A stretch of 64,000 nucleotides of DNA. Source: Camelus dromedarius (taxonomy: Eukaryota). The stretch lies in assembly GCF_036321535.1 (NCBI RefSeq), contig NC_087436.1, forward strand, positions 7,998,001-8,062,000, read 5' to 3'. Shown one piece after another: positions 24,310 through 34,934 of the stretch. The notes under the pieces are model-generated. The model worked only from the letters and a program-made list of their open reading frames with translations. It had not been told where the DNA came from and searched no databases. The first letter of the stretch is position 1, and each line of letters starts with the position of its first letter. A program made the translations under genes and the position numbers.

Positions 24310-25955
24310 AAATTACTCACAGGCAATTACAAAGAGAAAATCTTAAAAGGAATCAAAAGAAGGAGATAGAGAAACAGATGATAAAAGTAGATATCCTGTC
24401 AGAAATAGCATGTCAAGAAGACAACAGCAAAACATCTTAAAATATTGAGAGAAAAAAGTGACCAAAAACTGTAAACACAGTGGAAATATGTTTCATAAAC
24501 ATTGTCAAAATAAATACTTTTTCACACATCCAAAAGTGGAAAAAAATTCAGCAGCAAAAGACTTGCACTACAGAAACGTAAAAGGACTTTCTCCAAGAAA
24601 ATGAAAATAACATAGTAAAATGTAAATCTAAAAAAAGGAAGTAGGAGACAACAAAGAGTAAATACACAGTTAATTTAGAAGATATTTTATGAATTATTTA
24701 AATGTTTCAGAAATATAATTGACACTAAAAAAACAAACAGTATGTCATTTACAGCATATAAAAAAATTTTAAATATGACAAAAATAGCACAAAGTTTGGG
24801 AGAGAGTACATTGGAGAATACTTTGTTAAGATCCTTACACAAAACCTGAAATTATATAATTTTATTTGAAAGTGGAATGGGAAAAATGAAAAATTTACAC
24901 TGTGAACACTAAAGCAATAACTACAATACTAAAACAAAGAATTATAGTTAATATAACACAAAATAAATAAAATCAAAAAGTAAAAAATATTTAATTATTC
25001 AAAACATAGACAAAGAAGAAAGAAGAACAAAACATAGATAGGAATAATAAATATATATATGAATGTGAGATGCTTAAACCCCAAAATGTCAACAACATAA
25101 TAGAAAGTAAATGGGGTAGGTGCCACAGTGAAAGGAAAAGATTGTCAGATTGGGTCAAAGTATAAGATTATGGGAAACATACTTTAAATACAAAACTCAT
25201 GTGAGTCAAATATAAAAGATTATAAAACATATATCATGCTAATGCTTATAAAAAGATGGGCTGGACTAACTATACTAAATCAGACAAAGTCGATTTCAAA
25301 GAGAAGAATGTTACCAGGGATAAAGAAGATCACTTACTGATGATAAGTAAGTCATTTCAACAGGTGGAGAAAACAAGCTTAAATGGTCATGTTACTGAGT
25401 CCAAACTCATTCTGCTCACAGGTCAATAAATTTGGAGATAAGGTATTTGGGCAAGAAATAGCAACTTTATTCAGCAGACTAAGAAGGTGGCAGACTAATG
25501 TCCTGAAGAACAATCTTCCCCTAGTCAGAATTCAGGCTCCTTTCATACTAAAAAGGGAAGAAGGTGTGGTTAGTGCTTGCAAACTTCTTTGTTCTTGCAG
25601 CTGTCCATGTAGGTCAGATCATGATGTAAACCTCCAATAAGGCAAATGTTACTTTCTGTTCTGCAAATTTTTATCTTTATATTTATGGCAAAATGTTACA
25701 CCCTTAAAGGTCAGAGCTTTGAGTGTGGACTATCCTGTATATTTCAGGCTCAAGGCAACATTCTTTTACAGAAGGTGCAGGACTAGCATGACTGAGCTCA
25801 GGAAACAGCACAGGGTTAGAGACAAAGGAACAGACCTAATATGAAGTCAGATTTGTTCTTCCCTATTACAGTCATGTGCTTAATAACAGAGTTTCAAAAC
25901 GCATGAGCAAAACTCATAAAACTACCCTCCAAAATAGACAAATCCATAATGATAG
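24310..25955 (+). mobile_element. Old L1M segment (ORF1 end to ORF2 endonuclease start), interrupted by an LTR
   Basis: AAAGAGAAAATCTTAAAAG (ORF1); GTAAATGG..AGATTGTCAGATTGGGT..ATCAGACAAAGTCGATTTCAAA (ORF2 EN); degenerate. Confidence 0.75.
25390..25870 (-). mobile_element. ERV1 solo LTR nested in L1
   Basis: TG...CA termini, perfect 4-bp TSD GTCA (25386-25389 / 25871-25874), paralogous to 9048-9580. Confidence 0.9.
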
Positions 25956-25959
25956 TCAT

Positions 25960-26417
25960 GTTACATGTGGCAAAACTAATAAACGACATTGGTACATTGT
26001 TGATGCCTAAAATCCAGTTTATTTGGATTTCAAAGACTTTTGGGGGGAATGGGGTTAATGTCCTCTTTCTGTTTCAGACTTTGATATACTTGAGGGTAAT
26101 GTCCAAATATCCTGTAGAATGTCCTTCAATTTGAATTTGTCTTATCTTTTTCTTATAATTTTCCTGGGAAGAAATTTTTAAAAGAATCCAACAGAGATGC
26201 AGTGCTTTTCTGGTCATATCATATCAAAATATACATGATATCCACCCCACATTACTGGTGACACTGGTTGTCACTGCTCGCTCAAGGTAGTGTTTGTCAG
26301 GTTTCTCCACTGGAAAGTTACTATTTTCTTCTTTCTCTAACATATTTTTTTGAAAGCAAGTAACTAAATCTAGTCCACCCTCAAGGAGTGATGCAGGAAT
26401 CAAATTCCCCTTCCTGT
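25960..26417 (-). mobile_element. L1MC/MD-type 3'UTR, left part (continues at 31832-32105)
   Basis: TGTAGAATGTCCTTCAATTTGAATTTGTCT..TCAAGGTAGTGTTTGTCAGGTTTCTCCACTG..AAGTTACT. Confidence 0.75.
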
Positions 26418-26898
26418 TGTAACTGAGCAGGACCCTGTGGGGCCTTCCTGGGACAGTCCCCTCCCCATACCCTCTGCTGTAGCTCCTCTCTGAAGTGCCC
26501 AGATATAGTATCTCATGTATATTTCCTGGGTGTTTCAGATGCTAAAAACTACCACCAAAGGGAAGAAATTAACTACTTGATAATGGAGAGCATGTGGCCC
26601 CCGGACCTCCTAGCCCCCTGGGGTTGATAGTGTAGACCGCCCTGTTCCCTTGACATTGACCAATCAGAGGATTGTGCATGAGCTAAGCATGCACCCTGTG
26701 ACCCCCACCAACCTGCCCCTTACTTGCCATTCCATGTGCTTTGCTGAAACCCTTCAAGGAGTTTGGGGTTCTCTTGGGCATGAGTCACTTGTCCGCCTTG
26801 CTCAGTCCTGCAGTCAAACTTTCTCTGCTCCAAATTCTGACATTTCAGTTTGTTTGACCTCATGGTGAAATGGGCACACGAACTTACCTTCAGTAACA
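26418..26898 (+). mobile_element. 5' LTR
   Basis: TGTAAC...CAGTAACA; direct diverged repeat of 31371-31831. Confidence 0.92.
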
Positions 26899-26902
26899 AT
26901 TT

Positions 26903-26921
26903 TGGTGAGCCAGCGAAGGAG
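26903..26921 (+). promoter_or_regulatory. Primer binding site, tRNA-Arg(ACG)-like
   Basis: TGGTGAGCCAGCGAAGGAG versus TGGCGAGCCAGCCAGGAG, the complement of the tRNA-Arg(ACG) 3' end; lies just after the 5' LTR. Confidence 0.75.
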
Positions 26922-27792
26922 TCTGTATTCCTGGCAGTTCAACTCCAGCCAGGGGCCACCCTTCCCTGGTTCCAGCAGCAGCCGGAGCTCACTTCCCTCC
27001 AGGGAGGAACTCTTCCAGGTGGCACAAGACTGTTTGGAGCCAGAAAACATCCGGAGCTGCGCCCACACTCGGTGTCACCTGGGGTGAGTGGCTCCAGCCC
27101 GCGCAGGCTGGGGCTTCTCTCCACCATCTGGGCTCATTCCCTCCAGGAAGGGGGTCCCTGGGGGTGTGTTCTCTTGGGGGAGCTGGGCTGCTCTGTTTGC
27201 AGCCCTCCCGTCTGGGAGTGGATGGAAGTTTTCAATGACGCCTCCTCAGATGGGTTGTCTCTGTGACTGCAGCTTATTTGTTTTTTTTTTGTGTGTGTGT
27301 GTGTGTATCTGGTTTTGGGATGAGCCACTCTGACTCACGCAAGATGGAAAATTTTAGCTGCTCCACCTGGGCTCCGTCCCTTGCAGGGAGTGAGCCACTC
27401 TGGATCCGTCCTCTTTCAGGAGCTGGATGCATCAGTTTGGAGGCCTCAGTTTGGGAGAGGAAGTGGAATTTTGAGACTACACTTCGCCTGTGACCTTTTG
27501 TTTGTGGGACCATGTCTGTTGTCTGTATGTGTGTGTCAGTACTTGCATGAGCCGGCTGAGACGTCTTTGAGTAACAGGGCTCACGTGTGACAACACCGGG
27601 GCGCCTCCCTGTTGCATTGGCCTCACCTGTGGCGGAGCGTTGCTCAGGATCTTCCCTTTCTCGAGTCTTGGTTTTCACTCAGTTTTGTCTCTGATGGGCA
27701 TTGGTTGGGACTCTCCATTTTGGAACCAGGGGACTGTGACCCTGAGAGACCGTTTTGAATTGTTGTTTGCTTGGTATTTGATAACATCAGCC

Positions 27793-28020
27793 ATGAATAA
27801 TTAAGTATAACTGATCAGAGCTCTCTTCCCGCTTACATACAATCCTCCTAGAGTGTAACTTGCAAAGCTGGGAGATCTTTGACTATGCTTCCATAAATTA
27901 AAGAAAATGATATTTTTATTTTAATGCTGTGTGAGCTCAATTCTCCCTGAGATCTGGAGAACAATGACTCTCAGGTCTCTGCTATTATATGAAAAGGGAC
28001 CTTTTGCAATTTGGCTTTTA
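27793..28020 (+). pseudogene. gag: Degenerate gag matrix-domain remnant
   Basis: Translates roughly LLECNLQSWEIFDY..K*.F.FNAV*AQFSL..GEQ*..LLQ.., resembling the ERV1 MA pattern PLGCILxNWxxF..KKxLIFxCNxAWPQYxL..ExWP; several stops and frameshifts. Confidence 0.6.
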
Positions 28021-30396
28021 TCATGGGTGTGTGTGTGTGCGTCTTGGTTCCTGAGTCCAAATCCTGTTCTCTCTTCCTGGTTTTGCCATTATTGTCTATT
28101 ACTGTTATTTCTTTAAAGTGAAGTGAGTATTTCAGAAAAGGAAAAAAAAAAAATCCCAGTCATCTTGGGTTCTGTATAAGCCATTAGAAGAGGAATTTGC
28201 ATTTCTTTTTGTGTGACTTTGAAATATAAATGATCTACCCAGGCTCTCAAGGAAAAAGGGGTTTTTAAACTCAAGCAGAAAAATTGCGATCTCTGTCTCT
28301 GTCTTTAAGTAAAAATTAACATGTAGAAGAGCTCATGTGATCAAACTTAAGGCTCATGTGACCTAGAAAATAATCAGTATTAAATTAATATCTGATATTA
28401 AAGCTAGTTTAAGCTTGTTGATATAATCAACACCAAGACATGTCTTTTATTGCACCTGGATTTACTGAAAGCCAATAGGTTTATGTTGTTTCTTTTCTGA
28501 GTTCGACAGCAGAAAGAAAGTAAAAAAGTCAATTAACTCAATATGACAAAGTTCTTGACAAAATTCTAACAAAATTCTTATCAGTAAATTAAATTTAAAT
28601 AGCATTATAGCTTTTGAGGGAACTCTTTAGTAATAATTCTGTTTTAGGAGTGTCTACTTAAACATGATCTCCGCAAATACTTGGCAACTTGAGATTGGAG
28701 AGCTGTGCTAACTTAAGTTAAATGATGGAAGTTTGTTGAATAGCTAGGTCATTCCCAAACAAAATAAGATACTGAAACATAATTTACTAATCATTGGCTT
28801 CCCTTTACAGAGAAACTAAAGGTGATTAGGACTATTATTAAATATGTTTGGTGCCACAATGAGATATTTTGTATAAAAAGCAATATTTTTTGAAATTATT
28901 ATTGGTATTTATGTTTGCCAATCTATACAATGCTAATGTAAAATACATTTTATAATTGCTAACTTCTTTGTTTTCACTAGAAATTAAGGTTTTTAAGAGT
29001 TGCAAACTCTAAAGATGTTATTAAAGCTACTAAAATAATAAAGGAAACATTTCAGTACAGTAAAAAAAAAGTAGTATATATGTTTTGAATAAAAAGTATG
29101 AGCAATGGATGTGCATTGTGTTAAGGGAAAATTTTGTAGAAAGGGACCCCTATAAAAGGACTTTTGTGTATGGTTGAGCTGAGATTAAATTAAAAAGTAG
29201 GTAAAGGGATTTTGTTATTGAAAGTAGACTAGTAAAGGACTAGATTTGATTTCTTTCTGTTAAGTGAACAAGTTTACTTAGAATGCTTCTGATTACAGAC
29301 TGTGTGAAGCTTCGATGTTGTTGACAAACTTCCTATAAAAGTATAATCAAAGTTCTTTTGACTTCAGCTAACTTTAGGATGCTTCAGAGGACCCCTGAGA
29401 CATCTCAGAGAAAAATATTGAACTAAGTAGGATTGGTTGATATGTTAAATTACATGACATTGTCAAAGGAGTGATAGTCTCCTCAGATTATATGATATGG
29501 ATAAATGTTATTAATATAGACATTCTGGAAATGATGTAAGGCTTCTGAAAGTTAGATGCATCCTGGTGTAATGCTGTCAGTCATAATTCCAGTTGTTATC
29601 TTAAAAGGGTGTATGCCACAGCAACTTGATCAAACTCAATTAAGTCAAAAATGTAACCGGCTCTTAAACCTTACCTTTTTAAGTGTTTTGTCATTCATAG
29701 ATAATTAAGCTGATGCTTTGCAAAACTGCTTCATCTTTAATAATATTCATAAAATGGACTTTTTTGACAAGTACAGGTTTCTTTTAAATCATACTGATGA
29801 GCTGGATAAGATATTTGAAAAGTCTAATGAAAACTCTGATTTCATAAAACTGTTAGTAAAAATGATTGATTACATAGGATTGAGTAAACTGGTGAATACG
29901 GTTTTGATTTTTTAGTTTTGTCTGAAACATTTCTGGCTTTTAATCTACATTTTCTAGTTGAATTGTTTATCAAATGTTTGTCTCTCAATCAGTATTGAAA
30001 ATCATTGTTTTACTTCGAAACACGGTGTTGCCCCCAGTATTTAGGCCAGAAAGAGAAATCTCTGATGGAGCTGTCGCAGCACAACCTCTCATGGTGCACA
30101 GCAGCACTCGCTCTGTGTCTGTTGCTAAAAGCACACGCACTATGCTTGTGTAACAATGGGGTAGAAGTGATGAATGTGTGGCCTGTAAAGTGTGTCCCCA
30201 TTAACATGCCTCTGAGCCTCTTCATGACATCTGTTTAGTTTCCCCCCACATGGATAACTAGGCAAATACAAAGGAGGCCTGGCACTGAGGGACATGCTCT
30301 GAACCTGGGGTGGGAGCCCTCACCCCAGCACTGAAGGACTAATATTTTGATCATCAATGCTTTCTATTGGAAGATTTGCTATCAAAATGGAAAACG

Positions 30397-30525
30397 ATGA
30401 AAAAATCTGCACATACTGAAGTGTGGAGAAGTCTTTCTGGCTTATACATAGTTTAACTTAAACTTTACTGACCGAAACTCCTGTTTTGTGGCCTGTTGGA
30501 CATGCATTGTACATCTGCTTTGGCC
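30397..30525 (+). mobile_element. Internal vestigial U3 fragment of the 9920-10424 LTR family
   Basis: TGGAGAAGTC.TTCTGGCT.ATA..GTGGCCT.T...CAT.CAT.GTACATCTGCTTT is shared with ~9945-10045. Confidence 0.7.
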
Positions 30526-31353
30526 TTGAGGAGGGGATGCATTTGAAAGTCAAAATGGAGCACTGTGGTTCAGACATTCAAGGGAAAACTAGGTGGCCAG
30601 GGGGTGCGTGATGTCAGACACGTTCTTGTATCGTGGAGAACTTGAATTTTCTGAGCTGTGCCAGACTCAGGAAACCACCAACCGTGCTCAAAGCAGTGCC
30701 TGCTGGTAGCTGCAAACTTATGATCCTAAGGTCACCTCTTGTAACTATTACGTTTTTAGATAGAAAAGTTATTTTAGATTAGATGTTAGCAAAAAAAAAA
30801 AAAAAAAAGGTGTGTAATGGCCAATAACTCCTTTTATGTATATGTTGATACCACATCAGAAGTTAAAACCTACTTACATAAATGTATACAACTGGCTGCA
30901 AGTCTCCCCCAATGTGCCAGGTTCAGACTGGTTTTCAGGCTCATTCTCCTGAATTCCTCAGAGAATTGGGGATTGAGATCTGTTTTGTCTTTTAAAGTTC
31001 TGTTTGTCACTCTTCCCTCCACTTCTAATTGGGTTTGTTGGCACTAAAAGGGTGGACTAAAGGCCTGGGATCTTAATCATACAAGGCTAGGACCCAGGAC
31101 TTGAAACTCAGGGATATTTTCAACTCGGTGTCCGTCCCCCAAATTAAAGCAGGACAATGCCCCATTTCAGCAGGAAGTAGCCAGTCATCTACCTGTTCTC
31201 TGAAAGCTTTGGGGAAGGAAGAAATAGGATTTGTGATTGAGACCAAGTCCCCCTAAAACCGGGTTCCTCTGCCGAGTTGATGGCTAACCTCTCTGTCCAA
31301 ACATTATTCCCTTTCTCATCCAACACCTGTCCTCCTGGAGACTGAGGGCTATC

Positions 31354-31369
31354 AAAGAAAAGGGGGGAA
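31354..31369 (+). promoter_or_regulatory. Polypurine tract
   Basis: AAAGAAAAGGGGGGAA immediately before the 3' LTR. Confidence 0.9.
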
Positions 31370-31370
31370 T

Positions 31371-31831
31371 TGTAACATGATCAGGACCCTGTGGAGCCTT
31401 CCCAGGACATGTGTCCCCCATGTCCTCTGCTGAAGCTCCTCTCTGAAGCACCCAGAGAATAGTATCTCATGTATATTTCCTGAGTGTTTCAGATGCTAAA
31501 AACCACCACGAATGGTAAGAAATTTATGGCTTGATGGTCTAGAGCAAGTGGCCCCCTGGTCTTCTGGCTCCTGGGGTTTGACAGTGGTGACTGCCCTGTT
31601 CCCTTGACATCAACCAGAGGATTGTGTACAGGCTGATAAGGGATCCTGTGATCCTCTCCCTCACCTGCCTTTAAGTTGGCTTTGCTGAAACCCTTCAGGG
31701 TTTTCTTGAGCATGAGCCACCCCCTCCTCCATGCTCGGCCCTGCAATCAACCTTTCTCTGCTCCAAACTCTGATGTTTTGGTTTGTTTGACCTTATGGTG
31801 TGTAAGGCACACAGACTTTCCTTCTGTAAGA
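31371..31831 (+). mobile_element. 3' LTR
   Basis: TGTAAC...CTGTAAGA; repeat of the 5' LTR. Confidence 0.92.
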
Positions 31832-32105
31832 TTGTAGGTAATAGTATTTATGCACATTGTTTGGAAATCCTCTGTAAGGAAGATTCTTCTCCCCTCCCCC
31901 TTTTACATATTCAAAATTTATATCACTATGGACTCGTGTAAATTTGCTTTGTGCTTCAGGTTTTATTCCAAATCTACACTACTATGTTGCTCAAATTGTT
32001 CCAGCTTTGGGCCATGGGGGATTTTTTTCAAATTGGTTCCTGTGTCCCGTTGATATCCCCTCATTCCTTTGGTCGGGAGCATCATCTTAATTTGTGGTAC
32101 TACAG
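31832..32105 (-). mobile_element. L1MC/MD-type 3'UTR, right part
   Basis: TGTTGCTCAAATTGTTCCAGCTTTGGGCCATGGGG..TTGGTTCCTGTGTCC motif. Confidence 0.75.
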
Positions 32106-32249
32106 TCATATCTCTAAAAAGATGTCTTAAAAAAAAGCTATTGATATGCTTTTATATTCCAGTAGGAGCCTTTTTGCTAAAGGTTTCAATCAAAGTTCTA
32201 TTTGATTAAGAGTGTTAATTGTAAATCTAAATAAAAATGGTCTAGACGA

Positions 32250-33164
32250 ATTCTAGCTATTTTTCAAAGCTTTGCTTCTTGTATCAATTATTGATAGAAA
32301 TGTGGCAAAATCTCCCTCCATAATGGCAAATTTGCCAATTCACCTTATCTGTCACTTTTGCATGTTGATTTATGCATTTTGAAATGATTTTTTTTCTGCT
32401 TAAATAGAACTTTAGAATTTTTAGAGATTGCTCATTATACTGTTTTAAAACATAGTTGTCTATTTATTAATGTATTCTATTTTTATATCTATCTTTGATA
32501 ATGTGGCTCTTATGTTTACCCCCCCCCTTTTAGTGTTTAATTAATTAAATTGAGGTAGAATTGACATTCATGGTATATTAGTCTCAGGTGTACAACGTAC
32601 TGATTCGTCTTTTGTATACATTGCAAAATGATAACCACAACTTTTGCTTTATTTTGTTAGTATTTCCTACTATGCAACTTGATATCCTTTTATTTCCAAA
32701 CATTCTCTACTTTTAAGTTTTAAATTTCATTTACTTATTTTCATTGAGAGTTTAATTCATTTTTATTCACTATAGTTTCTCATATGGTGGCATCAAATTC
32801 TACCATCACGCTTTGTGATTTCTATTTTCACTTGCCTGCTTCTGTTTCTTTAGGTACTTACTTTTTTTATGTTTCAACCTGAGTGTCTAATTCTTTTTTC
32901 TATTCTATTAGATCATAATCATAGCTTTTTCTATTACTTCAGCAGTTACCTTAGAAACTATACATATTTAAGTAAGCAATATCTATTTTAATCAATAATC
33001 TATTCTACTCCAAAACAAGAAAAATATATGAAAGTAATCTAATCCTAGTATTCCTACCAATTATTTCAGTGTTTTAGTTGTATCTTATTTCTTTGTGCTT
33101 ATAAATTTCATATTACAAATACTGCTTTACAATATTTGTTTATTCATATTTACCCCAATGTCAA

Positions 33165-33206
<42 letters not shown>

Positions 33207-33345
33207 AACATTCCTCCTTGAATTTCAGCTTTCTTTCTAGAATCAATTTCCTTTTTTTCTAAAATACATTTATTGGAAGTTTTTAAAATGGAATGTTGGG
33301 AAAATGAGTTTTTCTTTCCTGAAAATACTTTTCTTTTTGCTGTCA
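32250..33345 (-). mobile_element. Old L1M ORF2-start/ORF1-end segment, with a short L1 3'-end insert at ~32535-32645
   Basis: AAATCTCCCTCCATAATGGCAAATTTG EN-region motif on minus; TGAGGTAGAATTGACA..CAGGTGTACAAC insert. Confidence 0.55.
33167..33202. repeat. Poly-T tract (36 nt)
   Basis: Seen directly. Confidence 0.95.
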
Positions 33346-33644
33346 TTTACAGCATAATCTCCCTGCTTATATTAGTACATTAAGAGTTATTTAACAGTAT
33401 ACATCCATCTTCTGGAATGATTTGGCAAGAAAAAAAAAATTCATGATAGTGAGCATGTGAAGTTTTATAACTTCAAAAATCTGTTTAATTCATTGTTGAT
33501 CATTTATTAGAACTGAAGATATGCATCCTAAAGATATATAAATATGCAACAAAGAAGAATAAAATAATTTAAACTTTTACATAGAATTGTTATCTGTTTT
33601 AGCCAACATATGGAAACAATCCAAGTGGCCTTAAATGGTATATT

Positions 33645-34085
33645 TATGTGGGTGGTTAGGATCATTACTCCCAATTATTTACTGACCCTTTCTATAAGAG
33701 GAAAACACATATCTTTCCTCTTTGACCTCCGGTATGGATGTATGAATTGCTTGAGAATGGAAGTAAGATGCAGAGAAAGAAATAATTGTTATAATGCATG
33801 GAGATTTGGAGGTTGTTCCACTCAGCATCTCTCTTGTACACAGACAGAAGGACTCCTTCCTTAAACACCACATATTAGAAGACCCAGCATAAGAAGAAAA
33901 ACAAACATAATATTTTGGAAAAGACTCTGAGAACTTCATCACTTAGAATCTTGTGACAAACCCTGGCACAGCATAATCTGTAATTCTAAACACCAGCGTA
34001 ATAGGTAACAGAAATCAGTGCTTCACACAAATATGACCATGTCTGAATCTATAAAAGTTTGTGGTTTGCATAACTACTAACATTA
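33645..34085 (+). mobile_element. Probable ancient MLT1 LTR remnant
   Basis: ACTCCCAATTATT..CTTTGACCTCCGGTATGGATGTATGAATTGCTT..AATGGAAGTAAG resembles the MLT1H/I/J 5' part. Confidence 0.4.
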
Positions 34086-34630
34086 TAGTCAAATATTGCT
34101 TTGGAGTGAGGAGACGTTGAATGGCAGAGGTGTGCAAGTGACAGCAAAACCAAATTAATCCACTTGCCAGGCTCTTCCTCTTAGATATTAAAATGTAAAC
34201 AAGTATTATTTCTAACAGTAGCAAACATCCCATTCCTAAATTTTCTTCTTGTTTTCTTTGTGCTTCCGAAGGAAGTCAAAAATTAGTATAGTATTGAAAA
34301 GTTTAACACAGAGACCAAGGAACATTTTGCAATATTATGACGAATAGTGCTTTTAAACATATATGTATGGAGTTCTAAATGTAACACGCATTAACTTTTC
34401 CCTGCACACTTATAAATTTAATTCTGCATCAGCTGTCACCATCTATTTATAAAAAATATATTAAAATTATTTGTTTTCTCTCACTTCTTTCCATATTAAT
34501 TTCTCTTCTTTCTGCCTCCATCCCTCATCTATCACCTATAACTTACCAATATAATAAAACAATTGTCATAACAGTGGTGGTCTACTAGTGAAAGGAGACG
34601 GATTTTTGTGATCAATATATTCTCAAGTTT

Positions 34631-34723
34631 GGCGGGGTGTGAGTATAGCTCAAAGGTAGAGTGCTTGCTTAGCACTGGGTTCAATCCCCAATACCTCTTT
34701 AAAAGAAAAAGAAAAAGAAAAAA
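34631..34723 (+). mobile_element. Camelid-type tRNA-derived SINE, internally deleted
   Basis: A-box TAGCTCAAAGGTAGAG, B-box GGTTCAATCCC, A-rich tail, TSD TATT(C/T)TCAAGT. Confidence 0.85.
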
Positions 34724-34934
34724 GTATTTTCAAGTATGTGTGGTTTGTTAGTACTTTCTACTTATTACCATATTAATCAATTAATTCATACAAAAATTTA
34801 TTTGACATGAAATGAATATCAATTATATTCCAGCCACTGGCTTAGGCAGTACCTGAGATAAGGCTGCAAGCAAAAAACCACATGACTTCAGGGGATTGGG
34901 AAGGGGGGTTACATTAACAAAAATTCCTCCTGTG

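Larger units (their letters stand above)
26418..31831 (+). mobile_element. Non-autonomous ERV1 (MER4-group-like) provirus with two LTRs
   Basis: Paired LTRs 26418-26898 and 31371-31831, PBS, PPT, gag remnant, near-TSD CTGT/TTGT; no long ORF. Confidence 0.92.

Noticed and set aside
9048..25870. A 16-kb provirus bounded by the two related LTRs
   Set aside because: The right LTR has its own TSD, and the interval holds older repeats and unique DNA rather than viral internal sequence.
26814..27678. Cluster of overlapping ORFs on both strands
   Set aside because: A by-product of the GC-rich ERV leader having few stop codons; no protein motifs.
34631..34723. tRNA gene (also 38312-38448)
   Set aside because: A and B boxes are present, but A-rich tails, TSDs and the lack of a full cloverleaf indicate SINEs.
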